64,000 nt of DNA, taken from positions 121,233-185,232 of the forward strand of contig CAWGWC010000017.1 of NCBI GenBank assembly GCA_963826165.1, in the 5' to 3' direction. This document shows positions 25,468-35,202 of this stretch, piece after piece. The stretch is from an uncultured Thermoleophilaceae bacterium (GTDB lineage: Bacteria; Actinomycetota; Thermoleophilia; Solirubrobacterales; Thermoleophilaceae). Under the pieces are notes generated by a model, which had not been told where the DNA came from, did no database searches, and saw only the letters and a list, made by a program, of their open reading frames with translations. Within the stretch, counting starts at the first letter, position 1. Every line of letters begins with the position of its first letter. Made by a program: the position numbers and the translations under genes.

Positions 25468-27117
25468 ATGTCGACGCCGACGGAGGAGAGGCGCGGCGAG
25501 CCAGAGGGGGATAAGCCCGAGATCCGAGACATCGGACGGGGCGGGACCTACCGCACGCTCGACGAGCAGACCGAAGAGGGCCGCCTGTCCGCCGCCGAGG
25601 AGCGCTTCGAGCGCCGCCGCCGGACGATCGGCCTGTTCCTGGGGCCGGTCGTCTTCGCCGTGCTGCTGCTCCTGCCGCTCGGGCTCGAGCCGAACCAGCA
25701 CCGGCTGGCGGCCATCCTCGGGCTGGTCGTCGTGTGGTGGGTCACCGAGCCCATCCCGATTCCGGTCACCGCGCTGCTCGGGGTCGCGCTCGTGGCGCTG
25801 CTGGAGGCCACTCCGCCGCCCGAGGAGGGGGACTCGCCCGTCGACGTCGTGTTCCCCACGTTCGCGGACGACACGATCTTCCTGTTCATCGGCAGCTTCA
25901 TCATCGCCGAGGCCATGGTGGTGCACGGGCTGCACCGGCGATTGGCCTATCGCGTTCTGTCGATGAAGGCGGTGGGCGGCTCGAGCTTCCGCATCATCCT
26001 CGCCTTCGGCCTCATCGGCTTTGTCACGTCCCCGGTGATGTCGAACACCGCGGCCGCGGCCATGATGCTGCCGATCGCGCTCGGCGTCATGGGCGTGGTG
26101 GGCGGAATGGTCACGAGGCAGCTCGAGGGGGACCACGACGTCGAGCGGCTGCGCTTCGGCGCCGCGCTCATGCTGGTGATCACCTACGGGATCACCGTGG
26201 GTGGCCTCCTGCTGCCCATCGGCAGCCCGCCCAACCTGATCGGGCGCGAGCTGCTCGAGGCCGAGACGGGTGAGCCGATCACCTTCTTCGAATGGTTCGT
26301 GATGGCCCTTCCGATCGCGGCGATCATGTTCGTCGCGGTGGTGCTGATCGTGACCCTCATGAACAAGCCCGAGGTGCGCCACGTCGACGGGGTCGAGGAA
26401 TACGTGCAGGAGGAGCGGGGCAAGCTCGGGCCGCTGTCGAGGGGCGAGAAGAACACGCTGCTCGTGCTCGCCTTCGCGCTGATCGGCTGGTTCCTGCCCG
26501 GCCTGGTCGGGCTGATCTCCGGCGACGACTCTGATGCCTACGTACAGGTGAGCGAGGCGTCCAACGAGGGGATCGTCGCGCTGATCGCGGCGTCCCTGCT
26601 GTTCGTGCTGCCGGTGAACTGGCAGGAGCGCAAGTTCACCCTCAACTGGAACCAGGCGGCCCGCATCGACTGGGGAACCGTCCTCCTGTTCGGCGGCGGC
26701 ATCGTGCTCGGGGCCATGCTGTCCGAGACCGGCCTGGCCGAGGAGATCGGCACGTCGATCTCCGATTCTCTTGGGGTATCGAGCGTCTTCGGCATCACGG
26801 TCGTGGTCGTGATCATCGCGGTCCTGATCTCCGAGACCACGAGCAACACGGCCAGCGCCGCGATCGTCGTGCCGATCGCGATCTCGATAGCGGTGAGCGC
26901 CGACCTCAATCCGACCATCCCTGCTCTGGCGGCGATCTTCGGGGCAAACTACGGGTTCATGCTGCCCGTCTCCACGCCGCCCAACGCGATCGTCTACTCC
27001 TCGGGGTTGCTCCCGATCACGCGGATGCTGAAGGCGGGAATCGTCTTCGACATCATCGGTGCCGTGCTGTGCATCGTCGGCGTGTTCGTGATGGCCAACC
27101 TCGTGGGGCTCGCGTAG
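25468..27117 (+). CDS. DASS/SLC13-family anion (di/tricarboxylate or sulfate):cation symporter
   Basis: 549 aa. Hydrophilic N-tail then more than 12 TM helices. Repeated SNTA(A/S)A hairpin motifs (VMSNTAAAAMMLPI, ETTSNTASAAIVVPI) and PVSTPPNAIV. Confidence 0.9.
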   Translation: MSTPTEERRGEPEGDKPEIRDIGRGGTYRTLDEQTEEGRLSAAEERFERRRRTIGLFLGPVVFAVLLLLPLGLEPNQHRLAAILGLVVVWWVTEPIPIPVTALLGVALVALLEATPPPEEGDSPVDVVFPTFADDTIFLFIGSFIIAEAMVVHGLHRRLAYRVLSMKAVGGSSFRIILAFGLIGFVTSPVMSNTAAAAMMLPIALGVMGVVGGMVTRQLEGDHDVERLRFGAALMLVITYGITVGGLLLPIGSPPNLIGRELLEAETGEPITFFEWFVMALPIAAIMFVAVVLIVTLMNKPEVRHVDGVEEYVQEERGKLGPLSRGEKNTLLVLAFALIGWFLPGLVGLISGDDSDAYVQVSEASNEGIVALIAASLLFVLPVNWQERKFTLNWNQAARIDWGTVLLFGGGIVLGAMLSETGLAEEIGTSISDSLGVSSVFGITVVVVIIAVLISETTSNTASAAIVVPIAISIAVSADLNPTIPALAAIFGANYGFMLPVSTPPNAIVYSSGLLPITRMLKAGIVFDIIGAVLCIVGVFVMANLVGLA

Positions 27118-28256
27118 CCGTACTCCGCCCCTCGCTGCTCGCCGTGGCCGCGGGCACGGCCACCGTGCTGCCCGGGTTCCTGGTGGGTGCCCTCGCGCTC
27201 CAGATCCGCGGCGACCTGGGCGTGAGCATCTCTGCCGTGGCCGCCGGGGTCACCGTCTTCTTCCTGGCGGGAGCGTTCGGTGCCGGGCCCGGCGGTCGCC
27301 TGTCGGAGCGCACGGGGGCGTTGCGGGCGATGCGCGGGGCGGCGCTCACCAGCGCCATCGCCCTGCTCGCGGCGGCGGCCGTCGCCGACTCGCTGGCCGT
27401 CCTGTTCGTGTTCCTCGCGCTGGCGGGACTGGCCAACGCGGTTGCCCAGCCGGCGATCAACCTGTTCATGGCCGACCAGGTGGCGCAGGAGCGCCAGGGC
27501 CTTGCCTTCGGCATCAAGCAGTCCTCCATTCCCGCCGCTGTGCTCGTCAGTGGTCTTGCTCTCCCGCTTCTGGCCATACCGTTCGGCTGGCGCGCGACCT
27601 TCGCCCTCTGTGCGCTCCTGCCGCTGGCGGTCACCGTGGTCCTCTCCCGCGAGGCGTCCTCCCTGCGGCCCGCGCTCGTTCGAGACCGGGCTCCGCGTCC
27701 GTCGCAAGCCCTGATCCTGATCGCCCTGGGCGCCGCCCTGGGCAGCGCCGCGCCGGGCGCGCTCAGCGCCTACCTGGTGGCGGCGGGAGTGGATGCCGGC
27801 ATCGGCGAGGGCACGGCGGGCGTGCTGGCGGCCCTGGGCAGCGCCCTGTCGCTCTTGGTCCGGCTGTCGGTGGGCGTCCGCGCCGACCGCCGCGGCGACT
27901 ACGGCTTCGGCATGGTCACGTTCCTGCTCCTGCTCGGCTCGGTCGGGTTCCTGCTGCTGGCCATCGGCCAGCCGGCCCCCTTCGTGGTCGGCGTCGTGCT
28001 GGCGTTCGCACTCGGTTGGGGCTGGCCGGGGATCTTCAACATGGCCGTCGTCCATCTCCACCGCGAGGCACCCGGCGCGGCCACGGGTGTCAGCCAGACG
28101 GGTATCTACGTGGGGGCGGCCGGTGGACCCGCGGCCTTCGGCGCGCTCTACTCGGCGGCGGGCTTTGCCACTGCGTGGGTCGTGGCCGGGGCGGTGGCCG
28201 TAGCAGCGGCTCTCGTTCTGGCGCTGGCGGGACGCAGGGCCGCGCTTATCGGATAG
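27069..28256 (+). CDS. MFS transporter
   Basis: 395 aa, 12-TM pattern, GGRLSERTG loop. The start is uncertain: 27069 overlaps the DASS gene by 49 bp, and in-frame GTGs occur about 27140. Confidence 0.8.
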   Translation: MHRRRVRDGQPRGARVAVLRPSLLAVAAGTATVLPGFLVGALALQIRGDLGVSISAVAAGVTVFFLAGAFGAGPGGRLSERTGALRAMRGAALTSAIALLAAAAVADSLAVLFVFLALAGLANAVAQPAINLFMADQVAQERQGLAFGIKQSSIPAAVLVSGLALPLLAIPFGWRATFALCALLPLAVTVVLSREASSLRPALVRDRAPRPSQALILIALGAALGSAAPGALSAYLVAAGVDAGIGEGTAGVLAALGSALSLLVRLSVGVRADRRGDYGFGMVTFLLLLGSVGFLLLAIGQPAPFVVGVVLAFALGWGWPGIFNMAVVHLHREAPGAATGVSQTGIYVGAAGGPAAFGALYSAAGFATAWVVAGAVAVAAALVLALAGRRAALIG

Positions 28257-28414
28257 GGCCTCCACTTCTAGGTGGTTGAACGCCTACCAGTTGGGGTATA
28301 TCCCCTTTTGCCGCCGGGGCCGGTATTCGGCATATGGGTTCCCCCGACCCAGCCTCGGCAACTGCGCGCGGGCTCGGGTCCAGCGGACCCGGGCCCGCCG
28401 CGCGACTCTCTCGG

Positions 28415-29194
28415 TCAGCGCCCGGCGAACTCCGGATTGCGCTTCTCGAAGAAGGCCTTCGATCCCTCCGCGAAGTCCTCGCTCGCCGCCAGGGTCTCCT
28501 GGGCGGTGACCTCGAGCTCAAGCGTGGTCTGCAGGGCCGGCTTGGCGGCGGCGTCGAGCACGCGCTTGGCGAGACCGACGGCGCGCGGGGCGCAGGCCAG
28601 CAGCTCACCGGCGAACGCGTCGGTGAGGCCGTCGAGCGAGTCGCCCGGGCCGATGCGGTTGGCGAAGCCGATCCGATGCGCCTCGCGCCCGTCGATCACC
28701 TTGCCGGTCATGATCAGCTCTTTGGCGTTGCCCAGCCCGACCACGGCCGGCAGGCGAGAGCAGCCGCCCACGTCGGGCAGCAGCCCGATGCGCACCTCCA
28801 TGATCCCGGCCACGGCATCCTCGGCCATTGTGCGGAAGTCGCAGGCCAGCGCCAGCTCGAACGCGCCGCCGAGCGCGGCGCCGTGTATCTGGCAGATCGT
28901 TGGCTTGGGCATCTCCTCGAGCAGGTTCCACCAGCGCAGGATCGGCCCGCGGAAGCGGCGCAGCTTCTCGGGATTCTCCGACAGGTCGCGCAGGTCGCCC
29001 ACATCCATGCCCGACGAGAACAGGGGTCCCTCGCCGCGCACCACGACCACACGGGCGGAATCGTCCCCGGCGGCGTCCTCGATCGCGGCGCCCAGGGCCT
29101 CGATCAGCTCGCCGTTCATCGCGTTGCGTTTCTCGGGCCGGTTCAGGACGAGATGACGTACCCCGTCGCGGTCCTCGGTGCGTACCAGTGCCAT
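28415..29194 (-). CDS. Enoyl-CoA hydratase/isomerase (crotonase) family; candidate methylglutaconyl-CoA hydratase
   Basis: 259 aa. LNRPEKRNAM, FSSGMDV, ICQIHGAALGGAFELALACD. Confidence 0.9.
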   Translation of the reverse strand: MALVRTEDRDGVRHLVLNRPEKRNAMNGELIEALGAAIEDAAGDDSARVVVVRGEGPLFSSGMDVGDLRDLSENPEKLRRFRGPILRWWNLLEEMPKPTICQIHGAALGGAFELALACDFRTMAEDAVAGIMEVRIGLLPDVGGCSRLPAVVGLGNAKELIMTGKVIDGREAHRIGFANRIGPGDSLDGLTDAFAGELLACAPRAVGLAKRVLDAAAKPALQTTLELEVTAQETLAASEDFAEGSKAFFEKRNPEFAGR

Positions 29195-29283
29195 TCGCCA
29201 ACCCTATCTCGGGTCTCACGCAGGAACCCCTGCAGGACCCGCGGTCCCGGAGGATTACGCCGCCGCCGCACGAAGCCGCCAGG

Positions 29284-29562
29284 GTGCCGGAAGTTCCCAC
29301 GCAGCCCGAAGAGCAGCCCGTTACCCGCGCGCCACGCGCTGTCGTCGGCGCACTGATCGGCGCCGAGGTGGGTGCCGCCGCCGGCCTGCTGTTCGTGGGC
29401 GACGTGCCGCTCGCCCCGCTCGGCTGCGCGGCCGCGGGAGCTCTGACCGGGCCGGTGGCCGCGCGCGGGATCGCACACCTCCGCACCATCCTGGTGGGGC
29501 GTTGGCTACGAGCAAAATTGCGACAGGCACATCCGCCGCGGCCCCAGGCCGCCAAGCGCTAG
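29284..29562 (+). CDS. Possible small Gly/Ala-rich membrane protein (92 aa)
   Basis: Tail of track ORF 28828..29562 from GTG 29284. Strong GC3 bias and two hydrophobic Gly-zipper segments (VVGALIGAEVGAAAGLLFVG, LGCAAAGALTGPVAA). Weak RBS, no family. Confidence 0.35.
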   Translation: MPEVPTQPEEQPVTRAPRAVVGALIGAEVGAAAGLLFVGDVPLAPLGCAAAGALTGPVAARGIAHLRTILVGRWLRAKLRQAHPPRPQAAKR

Positions 29563-29575
29563 CGTCCTCGCCCCC

Positions 29576-31087
29576 ATGACGAACCTCAAGGAGGCCCTCG
29601 ACCGCGCCCGGGGCGGCGGTCCGGCGCGCCATCACGCGAAGTCGCGCGATCAGGGCAAGCTGCCGGTGCGGGAGCGGGTCGAGCGGCTGGTGGACCCGGG
29701 CAGCTTCATCGAGGACGCACTGCTGGCCAACTGGGAGCAGGAGGGCTTCGGGGCCGATGGCGTGATCACGGGCATGGCCCGCGTCGGGGGACGCTCCGTA
29801 GCCCTGATGGCCAACGACCCCACGGTCAAGGCGGGCTCCTGGGGACCGAAGACCGTCGAGAAGATCATCCGCATCCAGGAGCAGGCGCTCGAGCACCTGG
29901 TGCCGATGATCTACCTGGTCGATTCCGCGGGAGCACGCATCACCGACCAGGTGCAGATGTTTCCCGGCCGGCGCGGCGCGGGGCGCATTTTTCACACCGA
30001 GGTCAAGCTCTCCGGGGTCGTGCCGCAGCTGTGCGTCCTGTTCGGTCCGAGCGCGGCGGGCGGCGCCTACATCCCGGCCTTCTGCGACGTGGTGATCATG
30101 CGCGAGGGCAACGCCTCGATGTACCTCGGCTCGCCGCGGATGGCGGAGATGGTCATCGGCGAGAAGGTGACGCTCGAGGAGATGGGCGGCGCCCGGATGC
30201 ACACCGGCGTGTCTGGCTGCGGCCACTTCCTGGTCGGCAGCGACGAGGAGGGCATCGACCTGACCAAGCGCTACCTCTCCTATTTCCCCTCGAGCTGGCG
30301 CGAGCCGGCGCCGGTCAGCGTGGGCGAGTCACCGTCGGCCGGCCTGCCCGACATCCCCGCCGACGAGAACAAGCCCTTTGACATGCTCGGCCTGATCGAC
30401 GCCCTGGTCGACGCCGGCTCGTTTCTCGAGGTCCAGCAGCGCTGGGCCAAGGAGCTGATCGTGGGCTATGCCCGCCTCGACGGCCGGGTGATCGGGATCG
30501 TGGCCAACCAGCCCAAGCAGAAGGGCGGCGTGCTGTTCGTCGACTCTTCGGACAAGGCCGCCCGCTTCATCTGGACCTGCAATGCCTTCAACATCCCGCT
30601 GCTGTTCCTGGCCGACGTGCCCGGCTTCATGATCGGCACCCAGGTGGAGCGCCAGGGGATCATCCGCGCCGGGGCCAAGATGATCTCCGCGGTTTCAGAA
30701 GCCACGGTCCCGAAGCTCTCGGTGATCGTCCGCAAGGCCTACGGCGCGGGCCTCTACGCCATGGCCGGCCCGGCCTTCGACCCGGACGCCTGCATCGCCC
30801 TGCCCGACGCCAAGATCGCCGTGATGGGTCCCCAGGCCGCCATCAACGCGGTGTTCTTCAACCAGCTGCAGGCGATCGAGGACGAGGACGAGCGGGCCCG
30901 CCGCACCGAGGAGCTGCGCTCTGAGTACAAGGAGGAGATCGACATCCTCCATCTCGCCTCGGAGCTCGTGATCGACGCCGTCGTGGCTCCGGAGCTCCTC
31001 CGTGACGAGCTCTGCAACCGGTTTGCCGCCTACGCCTCGCGCGAGCGCAGCTGGCCGGCGAAGCACAACGCGGTCACGCCGGTCTAG
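29576..31087 (+). CDS. Acyl-CoA carboxylase carboxyltransferase (beta) subunit, MCCase/PCC-like
   Basis: 503 aa. ANDPTVKAGSWGP, VDSAGARI, GPSAAGGAYIPAFCD, ADVPGFMIGTQVERQGIIRAGAKM. Confidence 0.9.
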   Translation: MTNLKEALDRARGGGPARHHAKSRDQGKLPVRERVERLVDPGSFIEDALLANWEQEGFGADGVITGMARVGGRSVALMANDPTVKAGSWGPKTVEKIIRIQEQALEHLVPMIYLVDSAGARITDQVQMFPGRRGAGRIFHTEVKLSGVVPQLCVLFGPSAAGGAYIPAFCDVVIMREGNASMYLGSPRMAEMVIGEKVTLEEMGGARMHTGVSGCGHFLVGSDEEGIDLTKRYLSYFPSSWREPAPVSVGESPSAGLPDIPADENKPFDMLGLIDALVDAGSFLEVQQRWAKELIVGYARLDGRVIGIVANQPKQKGGVLFVDSSDKAARFIWTCNAFNIPLLFLADVPGFMIGTQVERQGIIRAGAKMISAVSEATVPKLSVIVRKAYGAGLYAMAGPAFDPDACIALPDAKIAVMGPQAAINAVFFNQLQAIEDEDERARRTEELRSEYKEEIDILHLASELVIDAVVAPELLRDELCNRFAAYASRERSWPAKHNAVTPV

Positions 31088-31096
31088 CCCCTGCCC

Positions 31097-31456
31097 TCAC
31101 CGCCCGCGCGGCGGAGGCTCCGACATCAGCTCGATGCGGTGGCCTCCCGGCGCGCGCACGAAGCTTCTCGGCACGCCCCACTGCTGGGCGCGGTCCTCGA
31201 CGTCGAAGCCCTCCGACCGCAGCTGCGCGACCACGGCGTCGTACTCGTCGACTACCACCGCCGCGTGCCCCTCGGGCGCCACCACCGGCGCTTCACTCCA
31301 GAGTAGGTGGATCTGGGTGCCGTTGCGCTCGAGCCATGCGCTCACCTCCGGCAGCGTCCCCGGCGGTTCGACCGGTACGAAGCCGAGGCGTCCCCAGAAG
31401 GCCTCGGCCGCAGCCCGGTCCTCGCGGCGCATCTCGAGCGTCACGTGCTGAAGCAC
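31097..31456 (-). CDS. VOC (glyoxalase/bleomycin-resistance) family protein
   Basis: GTG 31456 in frame within ORF 31097..31984. LQHVTLEM..FWGRLGF..HAAVVVDEYD..GGHRIELM. Confidence 0.8.
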   Translation of the reverse strand: MLQHVTLEMRREDRAAAEAFWGRLGFVPVEPPGTLPEVSAWLERNGTQIHLLWSEAPVVAPEGHAAVVVDEYDAVVAQLRSEGFDVEDRAQQWGVPRSFVRAPGGHRIELMSEPPPRGR

Positions 31457-32304
31457 GCCGAGGAGCGTACGCCGATCACGGCGGCCGGATGGCGCGGGTG
31501 GCGCCGGGTGAGGAAGCCGAGGGCGCTCAGGTCCCGTTCGCAGGACTCCACCGAATAGGGCGGGTGGATCTCCACCGCCACGGTCCTCACGCGCTCGGTC
31601 CAACCGGTGTTGCGCGAGAGCAGATCGCGCTCGGCGCCCTCGATGTCGATCTTGGCGTAGTCCACGATCGCCTCCCGGTCCTCGAGGGCGAGCAAGGTCC
31701 ACGGGGAGATGGCCCTGGCCCCGGTCACGGCGAGGTCGTCCTCGAAGGGCGCGTCGGTCACGTGGTGGCCCGCTGTGGAACCGTCGAAATGGACGTATCG
31801 CAGCTCGCCGTCGTCGGGCCAGACTCCACCCTCGATCACCTCGCAGCGCGCGCCCCAGGGCGCCACGTTGAGCCGAGCCAGGGCGGCGTTCTCCGAGTCG
31901 AGCTCCACGCCGACCACGCGTGCGCCGGGGTGGCGCTCGGCCAGGTCGGCCATCGTCAGGCCGATGTTCGCTCCCAGGTCCCACACCAGCCGTGGTCCGT
32001 GCGCCAGCGCCTCAGCCGGCGGCCGGTGGTAGGCGCCGGCGAACGTGCCCCACACCGTGTCGACGTCCGAGGTGCTGGGCCTCACCAGCACCTCGCGCCC
32101 GCCCAGCTGTCGCAGCTTCAGTCGCACGGCGCGGCCGCCGGAGCCCACGTGTCGTTGGACCCGTGTGAGGCGCACGTAGGTGCCGAAGCTGCGCGGACCC
32201 GCGGTCACGCGCACCGCAACGAAGGCGAAGCGCAGGAGCGCCTGGACGGGGGCCGGCAACCGTGCCAGCCGGCGAGCGAGGCTGTCGCGGCGGACGCCGG
32301 CCAC
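31441..32304 (-). CDS. FkbM-family SAM-dependent methyltransferase
   Basis: VWDLGANIGLTMADLA, VVGVELD, DYAKIDIEGAERDLL. Start taken as GTG 32304 (uncertain). The stop overlaps the VOC start by 16 nt. Confidence 0.75.
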   Translation of the reverse strand: MAGVRRDSLARRLARLPAPVQALLRFAFVAVRVTAGPRSFGTYVRLTRVQRHVGSGGRAVRLKLRQLGGREVLVRPSTSDVDTVWGTFAGAYHRPPAEALAHGPRLVWDLGANIGLTMADLAERHPGARVVGVELDSENAALARLNVAPWGARCEVIEGGVWPDDGELRYVHFDGSTAGHHVTDAPFEDDLAVTGARAISPWTLLALEDREAIVDYAKIDIEGAERDLLSRNTGWTERVRTVAVEIHPPYSVESCERDLSALGFLTRRHPRHPAAVIGVRSSACFST

Positions 32305-32342
32305 GCAGCGGACCGTACCCGGACCGTGCGTAGACTCGAACG

Positions 32343-33566
32343 GTGACCTCACACCGCCCCGTTCCACCCCGCTATCGCTGGGTGGTCCTGGCGGCGGGAG
32401 CCGGGGCCACCGCCGCGCTGGCCGCGGTGCAGGGCGGCCTCCCGGCACTGGGCCCGGCGATCCAGGAGGAGTTCGGGCTGTCGCTCGTGGAGGTCACCGC
32501 GGTCTTCACCTCCTTCGCGATCGGCACCGTCACGACGCTGCTGGCCTGGGGCGTGCTGGCGGACCGGGTGGGGGAACGGAGGGTGATCGCCGTCGGCCTC
32601 GGCCTGGGCGCTCTGCTCATGGCCGGTGTCGCCGCCTCGAACGGGTACGGGGCACTGCTTGGCGGCACCGCACTCGCCGGCGCGCTCGGCTCCAGTGCCA
32701 TAGCGGCGAGCGGCCGGGCGGTGTTCAGCTGGTTTCCCCGGGACGAGCGGGGGCTGGCGCTAGGCCTGCGTCAGACGGCGGTGCCGGCGGGGGCGGCCCT
32801 CGCCTCCTTTACCCTGCCGCCGCTGGCGGCCGGGCTAGGGCTGGACGCCGCGTTGTACGCCCTGTCGGCGGCCATGCTCGTGGCCGCGGCAGCCGCCGGG
32901 ATCTGGCTGCGCGAGGGCCCGCGGCAAGCGTCGGCCGCGCCACCCGCTCCCGACGCCGTGCGCGACCCGCGCATCTGGCGGCTGAGCGCGGCATCGTCGC
33001 TGATGATCGTCGGGCAGGTGGGTGTCACGTCCCTGCTGGTCCTCTATCTGTTCGGCGAGCGCGGGTGGTCGGCCGCCACGGCCGCGCTGGCGCTCGGCGC
33101 TGTCCAGCTCGGAGCGGCCGCGGCCCGGATTGCCGCCGGCCGCTGGTCCGACGTCCGCGACGCCCGCATCGAGCCCTTTCGCCGGCTGGCCACCGCGGCC
33201 GGAGCTCTGCTGCTCGGGGCCGCCGTGCTCACCCCGGCGCCGGCGGCGATCGCGGTGCCGGTGCTGATGGCCGGTGGCGTGGCCGCCATGAGCTGGAACG
33301 GCCTGTCCTTCACCGCGGCGGCCGAGATCTCCGGACGCCGCCAGGCGGGTACGGCGATGGGAATCCAGAACACCGCCATGCGGATCGTGGCCGCCGCGGT
33401 GCCCGTGGGCCTCGGAGCGCTCGCCTCCGGAGTCTCCTGGGCCCTCGCGTTCGCCGTGATGGGCATCACGCCGCTGATAGCGCGCGGCCTGCTGGGGCCA
33501 CTGCGCGACGACGAGGACGCCCGGCGGCGCCGGCGCGAGGACCGCTTGGCCGGCCAGTTGGTTTAG
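32343..33566 (+). CDS. MFS transporter
   Basis: 407 aa, 12-TM pattern, GVLADRVGERRV loop. Confidence 0.85.
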   Translation: MTSHRPVPPRYRWVVLAAGAGATAALAAVQGGLPALGPAIQEEFGLSLVEVTAVFTSFAIGTVTTLLAWGVLADRVGERRVIAVGLGLGALLMAGVAASNGYGALLGGTALAGALGSSAIAASGRAVFSWFPRDERGLALGLRQTAVPAGAALASFTLPPLAAGLGLDAALYALSAAMLVAAAAAGIWLREGPRQASAAPPAPDAVRDPRIWRLSAASSLMIVGQVGVTSLLVLYLFGERGWSAATAALALGAVQLGAAAARIAAGRWSDVRDARIEPFRRLATAAGALLLGAAVLTPAPAAIAVPVLMAGGVAAMSWNGLSFTAAAEISGRRQAGTAMGIQNTAMRIVAAAVPVGLGALASGVSWALAFAVMGITPLIARGLLGPLRDDEDARRRRREDRLAGQLV

Positions 33567-33686
33567 GAGAGCCCGTCCCGGGAAAGCTCGGCTCGGCCGT
33601 CGACCGCAGGGCGATCCCCTGGCGGTTCGGGCACAGGCCCACCAGGCGAGACCCGCCCGGTGAACGATCTCAACGGAGGAGACCTC

Positions 33687-35198
33687 ATGCGCAAGTTCGT
33701 CTTGCTCGTGGCCGTGGCCGCCATGCTGCCCCTGGCGCTGGCCGGCACCGCAAGCGGCCATCCCGACGAGGGGGAGGTCTACATCCCCTGGATGGACAAG
33801 GTGAGCGCCGACCGCGTCACCCGCAGTTTCCTGGGAGCTGATGCCGAGTTTCAGACGAACGCCGCTCCGGACCCGCCCGGCGATCGCCGGATGACCCTGG
33901 TCGGCAACGCCGACAAGGACGGCACCGTCAACTCCGACCTCGCCTTCTGGGGAGATCTTGCGTATGCGGGTAACTACGACGGTTTCCGCATTCTCGACAT
34001 CCGTGACAGCCAGCCGCGGGTGCTGGTCGACTTCGCCTGCCGCGGCCCGCAGAACGACGTGAGCGTCTACGAGATCCGCGGGAAGCGCTACCTGTTCCAG
34101 TCCATCGATACGCCGCAGACGGCCGAGGACTGCACGAGCCAGGACAGCCCCTTCTCGCCCACCGATCCCACCAGGCGGATCCCCGGCTTCGAGGGAATCC
34201 GCATGTTCGACGTGACCGATCCGGCCAACCCGGTGTTCCTCAAGGCGATTCAGACCGCGTGCGGATCTCACACCCACACGCTCGTGCCGGGCGGCAGCGC
34301 CCTGTACATCTACGTGTCGTCGTATCCGCTCGGAAGCGGCGTCACGCCGGCGGACTACACGGGTCCGCTGCCTCGCTGTGAGGTGCCCCACCAGAAGATC
34401 TCGGTGATCAGCGTGCCGTACGCGGATCCCACCGACACGTCGGTGCGCGAGGACATGCTGAGCGAGGACACCACGCCCAACGCGGGCGGAATGAAGGCCT
34501 GCCACGACATCCAGGTCTTCATGCCCAAGAAGGTCGCCGTGGCCTCCTGCGCCGGGGACACCCAGCTCTGGAGCATCGCGAACCCCGGTGACCCCACGGC
34601 CGCGGACGACGAGCCTCATACCCACATCCGCAGTCCCTCGGCTGCCGACCAGTTCGAGTTCATGCACAGCGCGTTCGTCAGCTGGGACGGCAAGAAGTTC
34701 GGGACGATGGACGAGACCGGCGGCGGCGTCGAGGCCGAGTGCGACGGTGCGGCCAGCGACGACGGCTTCTACTACTTCTACAAGATGGTGAAGCCGGGCG
34801 ATCCCGCTCCCGCCCTCGAGGCCCGTTACACGATCCCGCGTCCGCAGACACCCGAGATCTGCGTCTCGCACAACGGCAACCCGATTCCGCTGAAGGGCGG
34901 GCGCGATGTCTCGGTGATCGCCTACTACCAGGGCGGCAACTCGGTCATCGACTGGACCAATCTGAACAACATCCGCGAGATCGCCTACTCCGATCTGGAG
35001 ACCGGCGTGGGCCTCGCCGACTCCTGGTCCACCTACTGGTACAACGGCCTGGTCTACGTGAACGGCGGCCTGAACCGGCGTGGCGCCACGGGCAACCGAG
35101 GTGTCGACGTGTTCAAGCTCGACTCGCGCAGGCTGCGGACCAAGCGGACCTGGGCGTACTCGAATCCGCAGACCCAGGAGGGCTTCCAGCGCCCGTAG
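33687..35198 (+). CDS. Secreted LVIVD-repeat beta-propeller protein
   Basis: ATG 33687 after GGAGGAG. Signal peptide MRKFVLLVAVAAMLPLALAGTASG. Repeats such as GFRILDIRDSQP and IRMFDVTDPANP. Confidence 0.8.
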   Translation: MRKFVLLVAVAAMLPLALAGTASGHPDEGEVYIPWMDKVSADRVTRSFLGADAEFQTNAAPDPPGDRRMTLVGNADKDGTVNSDLAFWGDLAYAGNYDGFRILDIRDSQPRVLVDFACRGPQNDVSVYEIRGKRYLFQSIDTPQTAEDCTSQDSPFSPTDPTRRIPGFEGIRMFDVTDPANPVFLKAIQTACGSHTHTLVPGGSALYIYVSSYPLGSGVTPADYTGPLPRCEVPHQKISVISVPYADPTDTSVREDMLSEDTTPNAGGMKACHDIQVFMPKKVAVASCAGDTQLWSIANPGDPTAADDEPHTHIRSPSAADQFEFMHSAFVSWDGKKFGTMDETGGGVEAECDGAASDDGFYYFYKMVKPGDPAPALEARYTIPRPQTPEICVSHNGNPIPLKGGRDVSVIAYYQGGNSVIDWTNLNNIREIAYSDLETGVGLADSWSTYWYNGLVYVNGGLNRRGATGNRGVDVFKLDSRRLRTKRTWAYSNPQTQEGFQRP

Positions 35199-35202
35199 CT
35201 CT

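Noticed and set aside
28293-28309. Rho-independent terminator GGGG-TATAT-CCCC-TTTT between the convergent MFS and crotonase genes (also CCAC-TTCTAG-GTGG at 28262-28275)
   Set aside because: Only 4-bp stems. It is plausible as a weak bidirectional terminator but too short to assert as a feature.
35080-35202. Track start (35080) for the BNR protein
   Set aside because: This 5' extension lies inside the LVIVD gene, lacks the GC3 bias of the rest of the frame and would bury the lipoprotein signal. The true start is near 35203.
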